Part shown: positions 1 to 9,485 of the stretch, one piece after another
Position numbering within the stretch: the stretch's first letter is position 1
How the letters are laid out: each line of letters opens with the position of its first letter
Origin: a virus
DNA length: 64,000 nucleotides
IMG/VR virus record: IMGVR_UViG_3300013102_000002
Coordinates: 32,001 to 96,000 of that record
Reading direction: 5' to 3' (one strand)
Program-made: the position numbers and the translations under genes
The notes under the pieces: model-generated
Told to the model about the DNA's origin: nothing
Seen by the model: only the letters and a program-made list of their open reading frames with translations
Databases searched by the model: none

Positions 1-3000
1 GATGCCATGCTTGGCTGCTAGATCAGATTCGACGCTTGCTAATCTTATTTTCTCTTCGGTGTTTAAAATCGTTTTTTTGGTTAGATTATCATATTCATTC
101 GATAATTCTTGTAGCTCTTTTAGACTCCCGGTTTTATCTTTAAGTTTATCTAAGCTAGTTCCAGTATCGTCCATCACTTCAGAAGCATTAGAGAAATGAC
201 CTATAACTTTTTCGAGTATAAACCCCAATCCAGCAAATGCAACCCCAACTAAACTACTGACAAGCAAAGCTCTAAGGCCAATTTTAACCGCTCCTAAGAC
301 GACTGTCATTCTACTTAGTGCTCCAGATGCAGCAGAAGCAGAAGTGGTTATACCAAATAGATTAATAATAAATGCCTTAAACGAAGCATTTAAGAGATAT
401 ACTCCAGAGGCAATTACACCAAAAATAACAGGAAGAGCACCAAATGTATCGACAGTTTTTGTTAGGGCGCTACCTAATCCTGTCATTAGCGAGGTAAGGA
501 CTACAATTGAATCAGATATTAAAGCATTACCAACGGAGAGGGAGAGGGTGTCCCAGGCTGTCTTCATCTTTTGTATTCTGGCTTCCAAGGATTGCATGAA
601 CTTGGTATTTTCGGATACGGCAGAACCTTGTGAGTGTAACGCGGTCTCTGTTGCATTTAAAGAAATCTGATAGTTCTGCATGAGGGCAAGAAACCTAGAT
701 AATTGAAATCTCAAATCTGTTACTTTCAGAATTGAATATTCAATTCCTACTGACTGCATTTTAATCAATGCAGCGGAAATGGTTCTTCTTAAAAGTGTCT
801 TTACACTTGACCATCTCTCTCTATATTACTATAGAGGTCAGACTGTAATTTTATCTCTAAATGTTTAGAGATAGCCAACGTTCAGTCGTTACGGTTCGAG
901 TTCTATTCAAATAGAACAATTACCTCGGTATTGTCCCTGTATAATAAAACAAGCTATATAGATTAAAGGTATCCCATTTGGACGATCAATCATATATTTG
1001 GCTGGTTTACAGTAGGAGTTTCACCGATATGGTTGGCAGTTCACTAATTAATCGCTTAATTAGGGGGCAGATTTTTTACCCGCGAGACTGACAGCAGTTG
1101 ACTGCTGTTGTTCCTTGGAAAGACTAGACCAGCGAGAGGCCAAATCTACCAGTATGTCAGATACATCTCGTGTTTCTCCGCTTAAATCCCTCATCTGAAC
1201 TCCAACCCCAGCAAGCACAGACTCGGAATCTTTCATGGTGGTTAAACGTGAATATATTGTTTTCAGTGAGTTCGATCTGTTATTTTCATTATGCTTATAA
1301 ACATAATTACTGACCGTAATCAGAACATTACGGCAAGAACGATTCTTCGATCGTTCCTCTCTATGTCTCCATAGAGTGCAGACTATCGCTTTATCCGGTC
1401 TGGATATCTCTACACTTAGTCGTTCACGGTGTATTTAAACTTCCGCCCTGTCTTCCTGTTTATAAGGAGTTCCAAGTCAATCAGTAGAGATTTTTCACTA
1501 ATATGTTCCCATACTAGGCGGCAACTATTTTACCGACCACTGAACCACTTTCACGTGTTGCTGTAGTAATGGCTGTCGTATTCCCGATTAACTCTTCCAT
1601 TGTTACGCCAAAAGCCTTAGCTGAAGCGCCTGCCTTTGTGATACTTAAAGCAATGTTTTGAGAGGAAATAGCAAAGTTATTATCACATTCTGTTACTTTC
1701 AGATTCTTCTTTTTGAGAATCTTACTGACTATATTCATTTTAAAATATAGCGGAGAAAACTCTTCGGATTTCTCTCTTTATGTCTCCATAAAGTTCAGAC
1801 TATCGCTTCATCCTATGTAGTAAATAGGAGCCTTTTCACTTAGTCGTTCACGCTGCTCTCGCTTGCGCCCTGTTGCCGTCACCATAGTGTGTTACGGTCT
1901 CCAAGTCAATCAGAAAAGGTTTTTCACTATACATTACTGTATAAGGAGGCAGAAATTTTTTACCTCGTTGATTTTATTTGCAACTTCAATGCTCTTACTA
2001 GCTTCCACATTAAACACCGTCATAGCAGACGTTAAAGTGTCTACGGCTTCAGCAGGAGTCAAATCTGATATATTCTGAAACAATGTTGCAGTTTTTGCTA
2101 GTTCAATTGTTTGACTTTCATCAAATCCCATCCGGGCAAAACCAATGGCGTTCTCATTTACTTCTTTAATACTTCGACCCAATTCATTCGCTAATTCAAT
2201 GCTTTTCTCTAACATGCTATCAAAATCTGTATCGTTATCCATTACGCGCTTTAATTGCGTAATTTGGCTATCCACATCGATGATTGTTCTTGTCATTTCT
2301 TTTAGTGCGCTAGTTATCCCAAAGAATACACTTCCTACTCCAGAATAGAGTAAGATATTTGACATTGCAGATTTTAAACTATCTCCAAACGTACGAGTGT
2401 GACCAGAAGTTGCTCTTGCTTCGTCTCCAATCTGTCTAATTTCGGCAACGAGTTGAGCGGCTTTAGCCTTATAATTATCAGTCGAAGTAGTTAGATTTTT
2501 TAATTGCGTCAATAGCAAATTTAGCTTTGTGGTGTCAATTTTAGAATAAGCACTGCTTAAACTTGCCACTTTCTGCTCGGCCTTGGTTTGAATCGATATT
2601 AATTCTTGTTCTGCTTTCATTTGTCTAGAGGCAAGGTCGTTTAGGGCTTTAATTCTGCGGTTAATACCATTCAGTTCACTATCTGTAAGTTGCCGACCAG
2701 ATGCTTGAATCATTGCAATTCTTTGTGCAACTTCATCATATTTACGATTAAGCAAATCTAATGCTTTTGTATTTTCAACACCAGTAACAGCAGTCGTTTT
2801 ACTCGTTGCTAATTTACTGTTTAAGTTGGTATATGTTTTAGCATCCTGAATTTCACGTTCGCGAATAGCTTTTAAATACCAATCCTCATATGCCTTTCTT
2901 GTTTGTTGGGTGCGAGAAATCTCAGCCCGTTCTAAGTCAGCATTATTCTGAATCGCTCTCTGTTGGCTCTCATTCCATTGACGCTCAAAATCCCTAGTCT

Positions 3001-3646
3001 TAGATTCGGCGGTAATTCTTCCTTGAGCCATTTGTTCAGCCAATGCCAATTCTGTTTTAGAATTTTTTGTAATTTCATTTAATTGATTTTGATTCCAGTG
3101 TCGCTGGAAGTCACGAACTCTTGATTCAGAAGCAATTCTACCTTCAGCCATTTTATTGATTAAAGACTGAAGTTCTTTTGCGTCTTTTATTTGATTCTGT
3201 ATATTGTCTATATTCTTAATGGAGCCATCGGGAAGAGTGGTTACTACCTGTTTTGCGTTTGTTTCTGTGCTTCCATATGTAGTTGTTTTAATTCCTTTAC
3301 TATTTGTTTTCTCGCGTTCAATCTGCCACTTTTTTTCAGCAGCAATAGCTTCGTTTGTTACCTTAATTTGTTCGTTAATACTTTTTGTAGTAGTATTTAA
3401 CCCATTATTAAGAGTATTGTTGGCTGAACTCTGCTGATTAATTTGTGACGTAATTAAATTAAGATTCTTAGAGAACGAGGAGAGGTTCTTAATAAAATCA
3501 TCGTTAATAGTTATATTTAACTTTAGCTTTTGAAGAGACGGATGCTTGCTCAGTTGTTCAATCGACTTATTGATATCTTTTTCTGCGCGGCTTAAATCGA
3601 GTGCAGCACTTATCAAAATCTTCATGTTATCAGCCATTATATTCAA
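1..3646 (-). CDS. Phage tail tape measure protein (5' part, runs off the window), spliced: exons 3646-1962, 1685-1532, 1272-1078, 711-<1
   Basis: Joining the exons gives a continuous frame ...KINEV|DNNFAISSQ...RESGSVVG|NSLKTIYSRL...AVSLAG|RFQLSRFLALMQN..., typical TP901-type tape measure core; long helical N-terminus; position after tail genes. Start TTG 3646 or ATG 3637. Confidence 0.92.
712..1077 (-). ncRNA. Group I intron 3 in tape measure gene (366 nt, ORF-less)
   Basis: Exon ends GCGGGU and pairs with intron GCCC (U.G wobble, P1); P3 GCCAAC/GTTGGC; P7 GACTG/CAGTC; terminal G at 712; removal restores the frame. Confidence 0.92.
1273..1531 (-). ncRNA. Group I intron 2 in tape measure gene (259 nt, ORF-less)
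   Basis: P1 CGGU/GCCG; P3 TCTCTAC/GTAGAGA; P7 GACTA/TAGTC; P9 CTCTATG-GAGA-CATAGAG with GNRA loop; terminal G at 1273. Confidence 0.93.
1686..1961 (-). ncRNA. Group I intron 1 in tape measure gene (276 nt, ORF-less)
   Basis: P1 GAGGU/GCCUC; P3 CCTTTT/AAAAGG; P7 GACTA/TAGTC; P9 CTTTATG-GAGA-CATAAAG; terminal G at 1686; splits the Val codon GT|T. Confidence 0.93.
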
Positions 3647-3677
3647 ATCACTTCCTTTTACTTACTTTTGGGCAAAC

Positions 3678-3709
3678 AAAAAAGAAGCGATTCAAACGAA
3701 TGCTTCTTT
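3678..3709 (-). terminator. Putative rho-independent terminator after the endonuclease gene
   Basis: AAAGAAGC...GCTTCTTT hairpin followed by a T-run on the minus strand. Confidence 0.5.
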
Positions 3710-3718
3710 AATACCTTT

Positions 3719-4960
3719 TTATATAATTTGCTTGAAAATTTCATCTAATGTTTTATTTTCTAAATCTCCAGGAAAGATAAAAATGCAATTGTCAATGTAT
3801 CCCCATGAACTAAGATTTGATATTTTTTTCTTTGCTTTTTTTATATATTTATAAATGAATGGATTATTCAATTGTTGAGAACTCCAAAGACCAAAATACT
3901 CAATATAATATTCTCTGCCGTTATAACTAACTACCCAATCAAGTCTTCTTCTGGTTTGATCTTTATCGAAATAGTCACGGTAGAGAGGATGACTGATATA
4001 TTGTATGCCTTTTGAAATAAACCAGTTCGAGATAATCATTTCAGGTATAGAATCACATCTATTTCCTTCAGAATCGACGATCAGATTATCATAGTAGTCA
4101 TCTTCTGAATAATTTGGTCCAAGTCTCTTTTTGAGGTGATATTCTCTTAAATATTTTCTTTCACATTCCTCACAATAACGATGAATATTTTCAACATCGT
4201 TAAAATTTGTACGAAACTTGGATGTCTCAAGCCAATCTTTACAGGATGAACAATATGCGGCTCCCTGGATAAGTAACTCATTTTTCAATCTTATTGTAAC
4301 TTTCCCGTTTTTTCTACTTTTCATTTCTACATTAAGATCCCAACATTCTTTGCATCTTGTTCTAAACCCATTCCTATCTCTATAGAAGAATTGATCGTTC
4401 TCTGGTAATATTTTATTGCAATCTTTACAAATTCTCTTTTCTCCTTCTAATTTAAACTTATGAAGATGATTATATCTTTTGATTTTAAGTGTTTTTGTGG
4501 CGTATGCTCTAATGGTTGAATATTTTCTATGACTTAGTTTCTCAGCAATTTCATCTTCTGGAGTGAATGCGAAATTTTCTTTTAAATAATCAATTTCCCA
4601 CCGTTCCCATTTTTGTTTCTTTGATGCTCTGTGTAATCCAAGTTCATTTCTTTTATATCTAATCGAGTCAATTGTTTTATTTAATTCTTTTGATAGTTGT
4701 TCATCGTCATATTTTTCCCAGTTGACTTGCAGACAAATCAACTCTTCTTCTGCCCACATGGTATTGTTTGGTGTTGCGCCCATAAGAATGACGATTTCAT
4801 TCCATTTTTTGTTGTTATAGAATTTAGTATATTGATATGAAGATATAAAACCATCGGTTGCTTTTAGAGAGTTTTTACCTGGAACCCTACCATATTCGCT
4901 ATAATATCTCCAAAAATTATCATATAAAGTTTTGTAGTCCAATTTAATTACACCTCGCAA
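3719..4960 (-). CDS. Free-standing homing-endonuclease-like protein (W-x-x-x-E repeats, CxxC zinc fingers, C-terminal PD-(D/E)xK/Vsr-like nuclease)
   Basis: Four CxxC pairs; C-terminal DSIPE...RLDW...YIEYFG; likely start TTG 4942 after a GAGGTG RBS. Confidence 0.65.
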   Translation of the reverse strand: MRGVIKLDYKTLYDNFWRYYSEYGRVPGKNSLKATDGFISSYQYTKFYNNKKWNEIVILMGATPNNTMWAEEELICLQVNWEKYDDEQLSKELNKTIDSIRYKRNELGLHRASKKQKWERWEIDYLKENFAFTPEDEIAEKLSHRKYSTIRAYATKTLKIKRYNHLHKFKLEGEKRICKDCNKILPENDQFFYRDRNGFRTRCKECWDLNVEMKSRKNGKVTIRLKNELLIQGAAYCSSCKDWLETSKFRTNFNDVENIHRYCEECERKYLREYHLKKRLGPNYSEDDYYDNLIVDSEGNRCDSIPEMIISNWFISKGIQYISHPLYRDYFDKDQTRRRLDWVVSYNGREYYIEYFGLWSSQQLNNPFIYKYIKKAKKKISNLSSWGYIDNCIFIFPGDLENKTLDEIFKQII

Positions 4961-5334
4961 GTATTCTTGAATCTATTTATCTCAATTAGTAGATCACAAG
5001 GATGCATTGAACTTTTCTGAATAAAAGAAAAGCATTCCTTATCATCCCATCCAACAACGGTCTCATATTCATATGTATCCGACAAACCCATCTTTTCCAA
5101 CATATCTAAAATCATGTTTTTGAAATCATACTCGGGCAGGCTTTCGCCCATCTTAGAAGTAGTGTATAATTTGAATGTTAGAGTATCTTCTCCACGTTTG
5201 ATGTTTGATTTTGCAACTTGGGAACTGTTTGCAACTGTATGCCAAGTGCGGCCAAATCCATCTCTAACATAATAAACATTGCTTTGCTCGAAAAGAGGGG
5301 TTATTAATTGAACCTTTGTTTTCATGATCATCAT
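4948..5334 (-). CDS. Hypothetical protein
   Basis: 128-aa ORF with AGGAG RBS, coupled to the downstream gene. Confidence 0.7.
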   Translation of the reverse strand: MMIMKTKVQLITPLFEQSNVYYVRDGFGRTWHTVANSSQVAKSNIKRGEDTLTFKLYTTSKMGESLPEYDFKNMILDMLEKMGLSDTYEYETVVGWDDKECFSFIQKSSMHPCDLLIEINRFKNTCEV

Positions 5335-5443
5335 CTCCTGAAATATAATATCATCTAAGGTAATTATATTACGCTAGGAGTAATTTGTAAAGTGTTTATT
5401 TAGAATTTTGTTTGCAATAGATTTGGTTTGAGTATATAATAGA

Positions 5444-5465
5444 TTTACATATATTTATTAATTAA
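5444..5465 (-). promoter_or_regulatory. Copy of the conserved phage promoter/operator box
   Basis: Minus strand reads TTAATTAATAAATATATGTAAA. Confidence 0.6.
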
Positions 5466-5478
5466 TGGAGGCGAGCAA

Positions 5479-5685
5479 ATGGTTAAAATAAATGTGGCTG
5501 AAATGCTTGGAAAACATAAAATGACAAGAAAACAACTGTCTGAAATTACGGGAATCAGAGAAGCAACAGTTGGTTTGCTTTATAATGAAACAATCAAAAG
5601 AATAGAAGTGGAATGGATAGATCAGTTGTGCAAAGCCTTTGATTGTTCTGTTTCTGACCTTATCGAATATATTCCAGATAAATAA
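5479..5685 (+). CDS. XRE/Cro-C1 family HTH regulator (YozG-like)
   Basis: MTRKQLSEITGIREATVGLLY...LCKAFDCSVSDLIEY; GGAGG RBS. Confidence 0.88.
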   Translation: MVKINVAEMLGKHKMTRKQLSEITGIREATVGLLYNETIKRIEVEWIDQLCKAFDCSVSDLIEYIPDK

Positions 5686-5694
5686 AAACATACA

Positions 5695-5729
5695 AAAAGA
5701 CACCTTCTGTTAAGAAGATGTGCTTTTTA
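5695..5729. terminator. Bidirectional terminator between convergent genes
   Basis: A-run, CACCTTCT/AGAAGATGTG stem, T-run. Confidence 0.5.
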
Positions 5730-5736
5730 ATATTAT

Positions 5737-6336
5737 TTATTCTTGGATTGCAGTTACAATCCCATTATCAAGATATACATACTTTTCATCACCATAAACC
5801 CATTGTTCAGAAATATTATCCCCTGTGGTTGTTTTATTGATGTCGTTAGGTAATCCCCAACTTGAAGTTTTAAGTTGTTCTTTGGTCTCCCCAATAACGG
5901 GTGGTTTATCCCTATATTTTTCAACATCTGATTTTTCTTTTTGAGCTTTATAAGATTCTTTTTCTTCATTGATTAATTCAGTGAATCGATCTTTATATTG
6001 AGATGGGATATCGTGTGTATTTGAATAAACCATATAATCATCTTCATCGTGAATTGATTCTAATGCAGATGCATAATGATAAATTGCATTTAGTTCATCA
6101 TTAGAATCCTTATATTCTTCGGTTTTCGTAATTAGAGAACTGTAGTCTTTATCCTTAATTAGCGAGTCTAATTCTGTTCTCATTTCATTACTAATTTCGA
6201 TGTTGTTTTGATTATCTGTATTGACGGAACTAACAGCATTATTTGAACTACACCCACCCAAAATCACCATAGCCAAAACCACACAAATTCCCATGGCAAC
6301 TATCTTTCTTCCCATTTTCAATCTCATTCCCAACAT
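5737..6336 (-). CDS. Lipoprotein of unknown function
   Basis: Signal peptide with lipobox LGGC; C-terminal WG.P..INKTT...EQWVY...YVYLDNG.V..IQ domain. Confidence 0.8.
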   Translation of the reverse strand: MLGMRLKMGRKIVAMGICVVLAMVILGGCSSNNAVSSVNTDNQNNIEISNEMRTELDSLIKDKDYSSLITKTEEYKDSNDELNAIYHYASALESIHDEDDYMVYSNTHDIPSQYKDRFTELINEEKESYKAQKEKSDVEKYRDKPPVIGETKEQLKTSSWGLPNDINKTTTGDNISEQWVYGDEKYVYLDNGIVTAIQE

Positions 6337-6468
6337 ACAAAAACACCCCCAAATTTATCCACTCATACTTAAAAGTATAAGCGATATGTATCGGAGATGC
6401 CATAATTTTCAATCATGTATGAAACAATATGTTGGAGATATTATTTGGTTTAATTCTACCTTAATTAT

Positions 6469-6514
6469 ATTATAACCTAAATAATTAATTTGTAAACATA
6501 TATTTATTAATTAA
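6469..6514 (-). promoter_or_regulatory. Conserved box plus sigmaA-like promoter of the lipoprotein gene
   Basis: TTAATTAATAAATATATG-TTTACA-16 bp-TATAAT on the minus strand. Confidence 0.65.
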
Positions 6515-6612
6515 ACTCCAATTACACGATTAATTATTTAAGTCACAACACAATTATCCCAAGAGAGTAGAGGACCATAATAAAAAGCCACTCATTCGAG
6601 TGACTTAAATGC

Positions 6613-7119
6613 TCATGCGTCCAATTCATTTTCAACATTGTATCCGAGTTCAACCAGTCTCTTTTCAACCTGCTCTTCTACAAGGTTCTGAATAGTCTCT
6701 TTCAAACTTAATGTTTCAATCAGTTGCAAATCAACCTTGAACATATCTATGGGAGTAAGTTCACCCTTTTTATCTTCGAGTCGATTGCGCGTAACAGACT
6801 GAACCTGATTTGTCATGACAAACGAATCTTTGCTGAGTTGACCAATGTATTCTTTCTTTTTTAAGATCACATCAGTCATAATTGTCTTTTTTCTTATCCC
6901 TTTTTTATTAAACAATGATGTAATAGGAAGTACGACTACGGTATTCCGTGGAAATTCGCTGTCAAATAGAACGATAGCTCTATGTGTCCCACTGATAACG
7001 CATGAATCGCGTTTTATCTTTTTCTTTTCTCCACCAAAATCAACATTAAAAATCTCGCCTCTTTTGAATGACCGTTGATTACTGAATACGGTTTCTGATG
7101 CTACAATTTTATTAACCAA
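6613..7119 (-). CDS. PemK/MazF family toxin-like protein
   Basis: KRGEIFNVDFG, VVVLPITS, DSFVMTNQVQSVTRNRL...GEL motifs. Confidence 0.8.
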   Translation of the reverse strand: MVNKIVASETVFSNQRSFKRGEIFNVDFGGEKKKIKRDSCVISGTHRAIVLFDSEFPRNTVVVLPITSLFNKKGIRKKTIMTDVILKKKEYIGQLSKDSFVMTNQVQSVTRNRLEDKKGELTPIDMFKVDLQLIETLSLKETIQNLVEEQVEKRLVELGYNVENELDA

Positions 7120-7143
7120 GAAAAATCTTCTCCCTTGACAAAA

Positions 7144-7347
7144 TTAGCCCTCTAGAAGCTTTTCTTGATGTTGTTTAAACTTAAGCCGATTGTTCTCCTT
7201 CGGATCACCAGTAATAACTTTGTAATAGTCAATACCAGTATCTCTTTGGAGTTCGCTCAGTGCTTGTTTGAAAAGAGACTTTTTCTTCTGCTTGTCTGCT
7301 ACGGCTTGGTTTGAAACTGTTCGCAATTGCACGACATTACTCATCAA
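7144..7347 (-). CDS. Small protein, putative antitoxin partner
   Basis: 67 aa directly upstream of the PemK-like gene, GGAG RBS; role inferred from position only. Confidence 0.55.
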   Translation of the reverse strand: MMSNVVQLRTVSNQAVADKQKKKSLFKQALSELQRDTGIDYYKVITGDPKENNRLKFKQHQEKLLEG

Positions 7348-7582
7348 ACATCACATCTCCTAAGTTATTTGGCTAATTTTATTATAACACAAATCAAGAG
7401 AGAATTAACATATAGTATTCCCGATATGACCAAATAATTACATAATGAATTTTTTTCTAAATAATTTGCAAAACTGCCAACACCTATAAGCAGATGTTGA
7501 CTATTTCGAGAATTATTCAATTTTTATAAATTTAATGATTCAGAAACCCGCATAAACATTGGACTTTTTTAACGTGATTTCC

Positions 7583-7604
7583 TCATGAAATGATAGTTTT
7601 ATCT
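7583..7604. repeat. 22-bp palindromic boundary site
   Basis: TCATGAAA-TGATAG-TTTTATCT overlapping the stop codon of 7599..7943. Confidence 0.75.
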
Positions 7605-7943
7605 AGTGTTATTTTTTAAAACTAATTTTTCTAGTCCATCAAAAAAACCTTGTACAGTATCCACAGATGAAGAATTATACATTTGAATTTTATCGTCTTG
7701 TTTACACGTAACACTTCCACTATCTGAAAACCCATCACACCATACCTGCGGATACATAATTGGGTTAGGATTAACTACAGAAGGCAGAGGGGTGACATAG
7801 GTTGGTGGATAATGCACATAAGTAGGATAAGTTGGAAAAGTGGAGGCAGGTGGTGATTTTTTATTAGAATCAATTTCAAAAATTAGCTTTGCAATTTCTT
7901 CGACAGTTCCTTCGATTTCAATACCGTGAATGGTTGCTTTCAT
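7599..7943 (-). CDS. Hypothetical Pro-rich protein
   Basis: 114-aa ORF, AGGAG RBS; N-terminal IEGTVEEIAKL motif. Confidence 0.75.
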   Translation of the reverse strand: MKATIHGIEIEGTVEEIAKLIFEIDSNKKSPPASTFPTYPTYVHYPPTYVTPLPSVVNPNPIMYPQVWCDGFSDSGSVTCKQDDKIQMYNSSSVDTVQGFFDGLEKLVLKNNTR

Positions 7944-7972
7944 TATTTATCTCCTATCTTTTCTACGTTATA

Positions 7973-8977
7973 TTAGCCAAAAATCTTATTTCTTTCTTCG
8001 GCAAAATCTCTAAGATCATAATGGGCTATAGTTGTAGCGATATTCTCGTGATGAGCTATATATTTTGAGACTATTTCTATAGGAACCTTTTTAACTTCCA
8101 ATAGATATGTAACACAAGACGCTTTAAAAAGATGAGGGTTTATCCGTCTTCCTAGAATATTCGAAAGAGTTTCTTTACAAAACTCATTAGCCCAAGCTTC
8201 CGACATGGAACCAACTTCTCCACCATATTTAGTAGTAAAAATATATTCTGATTCATAATCCCGTTTTTCAATCCAAAGTTTCACATACTGCAATGCTTCT
8301 TCATTCACCATATACGGCTCTTGCTTCCCATCTTCGCCCCGACCCTTCAGACGAATTATATGAGACATTGTGTAGCCGCCACCTTCAACAATAGGATAGT
8401 TAAGAATCTCAGTTTTAAACTGTGGGATCTCTGCACGTCTTGCACCTACATTAAAAGCAAATGCTACCCATGCAGCACCCAGATAGTTTTTATCATTCAA
8501 TAATGTTTCCATCAATAGATCATAATCGTCTTTTGATATTTTTACTTTTGTGTATACATGATTTTTCGATATAGCTGGTAATCCACGAGTGAAGTTTCTA
8601 AATGTTTTATAATTCTTGTCATCATCCGCAACAACATTCTCTATATAGTTAGAAAGACTTGAGACACATGCCTTGCGTAAACCGATGGCACTAGAGGACA
8701 TTTTTCTTGTGTCTCTTAAAAAACTGATATATCTTAAAAAATCTCGTTTGCTGATCTCGTGTAATGGCTTATTATTCATGCTCTTATAAACGTAATAACC
8801 GAACTGTCTTAAACATGATTTATATTGAATTTTAGTTTTCTGACTATGTGCCTGAACCGAGATGTACTCCTCGACCAAGTTACGGTAATCTTCATTGACC
8901 AGTTGCCATTTCTCTTCGTCAACAGGAGGGAGCTTGTCGGCTGTTTCTCTGAGCATATTTTTATTTATACTTACCAT
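7973..8977 (-). CDS. Tyrosine recombinase (YomM-like position)
   Basis: N-terminal SAM-like domain; GARRAEI, LKGRG, PHLFKAS, HHENIATTIAHY. Confidence 0.88.
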   Translation of the reverse strand: MVSINKNMLRETADKLPPVDEEKWQLVNEDYRNLVEEYISVQAHSQKTKIQYKSCLRQFGYYVYKSMNNKPLHEISKRDFLRYISFLRDTRKMSSSAIGLRKACVSSLSNYIENVVADDDKNYKTFRNFTRGLPAISKNHVYTKVKISKDDYDLLMETLLNDKNYLGAAWVAFAFNVGARRAEIPQFKTEILNYPIVEGGGYTMSHIIRLKGRGEDGKQEPYMVNEEALQYVKLWIEKRDYESEYIFTTKYGGEVGSMSEAWANEFCKETLSNILGRRINPHLFKASCVTYLLEVKKVPIEIVSKYIAHHENIATTIAHYDLRDFAEERNKIFG

Positions 8978-9011
8978 GTATTCACCTTCTCATTTTACTT
9001 GCCAAATATTT

Positions 9012-9033
9012 TCACAAAATAACCATTTCATCA
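9012..9033. repeat. 22-bp palindromic boundary site
   Basis: Minus strand TGATGAAA-TGGTTA-TTTTGTGA, between the 9045 gene and the recombinase. Confidence 0.75.
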
Positions 9034-9044
9034 AAACTCACATA

Positions 9045-9485
9045 CTACTTCTTCACACTTAATCCCTGTCTCTTCAGCCCATTATAAATAGCATGTTCAA
9101 CGCTACCATCATTCAACAATTCATCTCTCGTAACCTCAGTAAAGGGCCTCCCTTTATGCGTATAAGGGAAAGGCCATTCCTCGTTGTACCCAACACCAGT
9201 TTCAACAATGACAGATACATCTCTACCATCATCCATACGTTTACTCTCAATGGATACTGTATTTGAATTAATCATATCTACATGAATATTAGCATCGTCA
9301 ATCAAACCACCATTTTCACCCAAACGTTCATAAATTACTGGTTCATAAACATCATAAACCTCAGATTGAATATTCTCCTTCATCTTAGGTCTGACCAGTT
9401 TTTCACCAACATCTTCTTTGAGTGTTTTGGGTAGTACTTGCTGGTTAACATATTTAGCTAATTCATTAATATTTTTAAAGTTCAT
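9045..9485 (-). CDS. Putative tail-completion/neck protein (HK97 gp10-like)
   Basis: Likely start ATG 9485 (MNFKNINEL); VYDVYEPVIYER...GRPF motifs; tail-module position. Confidence 0.6.
   Translation of the reverse strand: MNFKNINELAKYVNQQVLPKTLKEDVGEKLVRPKMKENIQSEVYDVYEPVIYERLGENGGLIDDANIHVDMINSNTVSIESKRMDDGRDVSVIVETGVGYNEEWPFPYTHKGRPFTEVTRDELLNDGSVEHAIYNGLKRQGLSVKK

Noticed and set aside
1-1961. Tape measure gene as a frameshifted pseudogene; ORF-track calls 2..199+, 344..670+, 1514..1738-, 1863..2078+
   Set aside because: The interruptions are group I introns that restore the frame; the plus-strand ORFs are antisense shadows and 1514..1738 is exon 2 plus intron sequence
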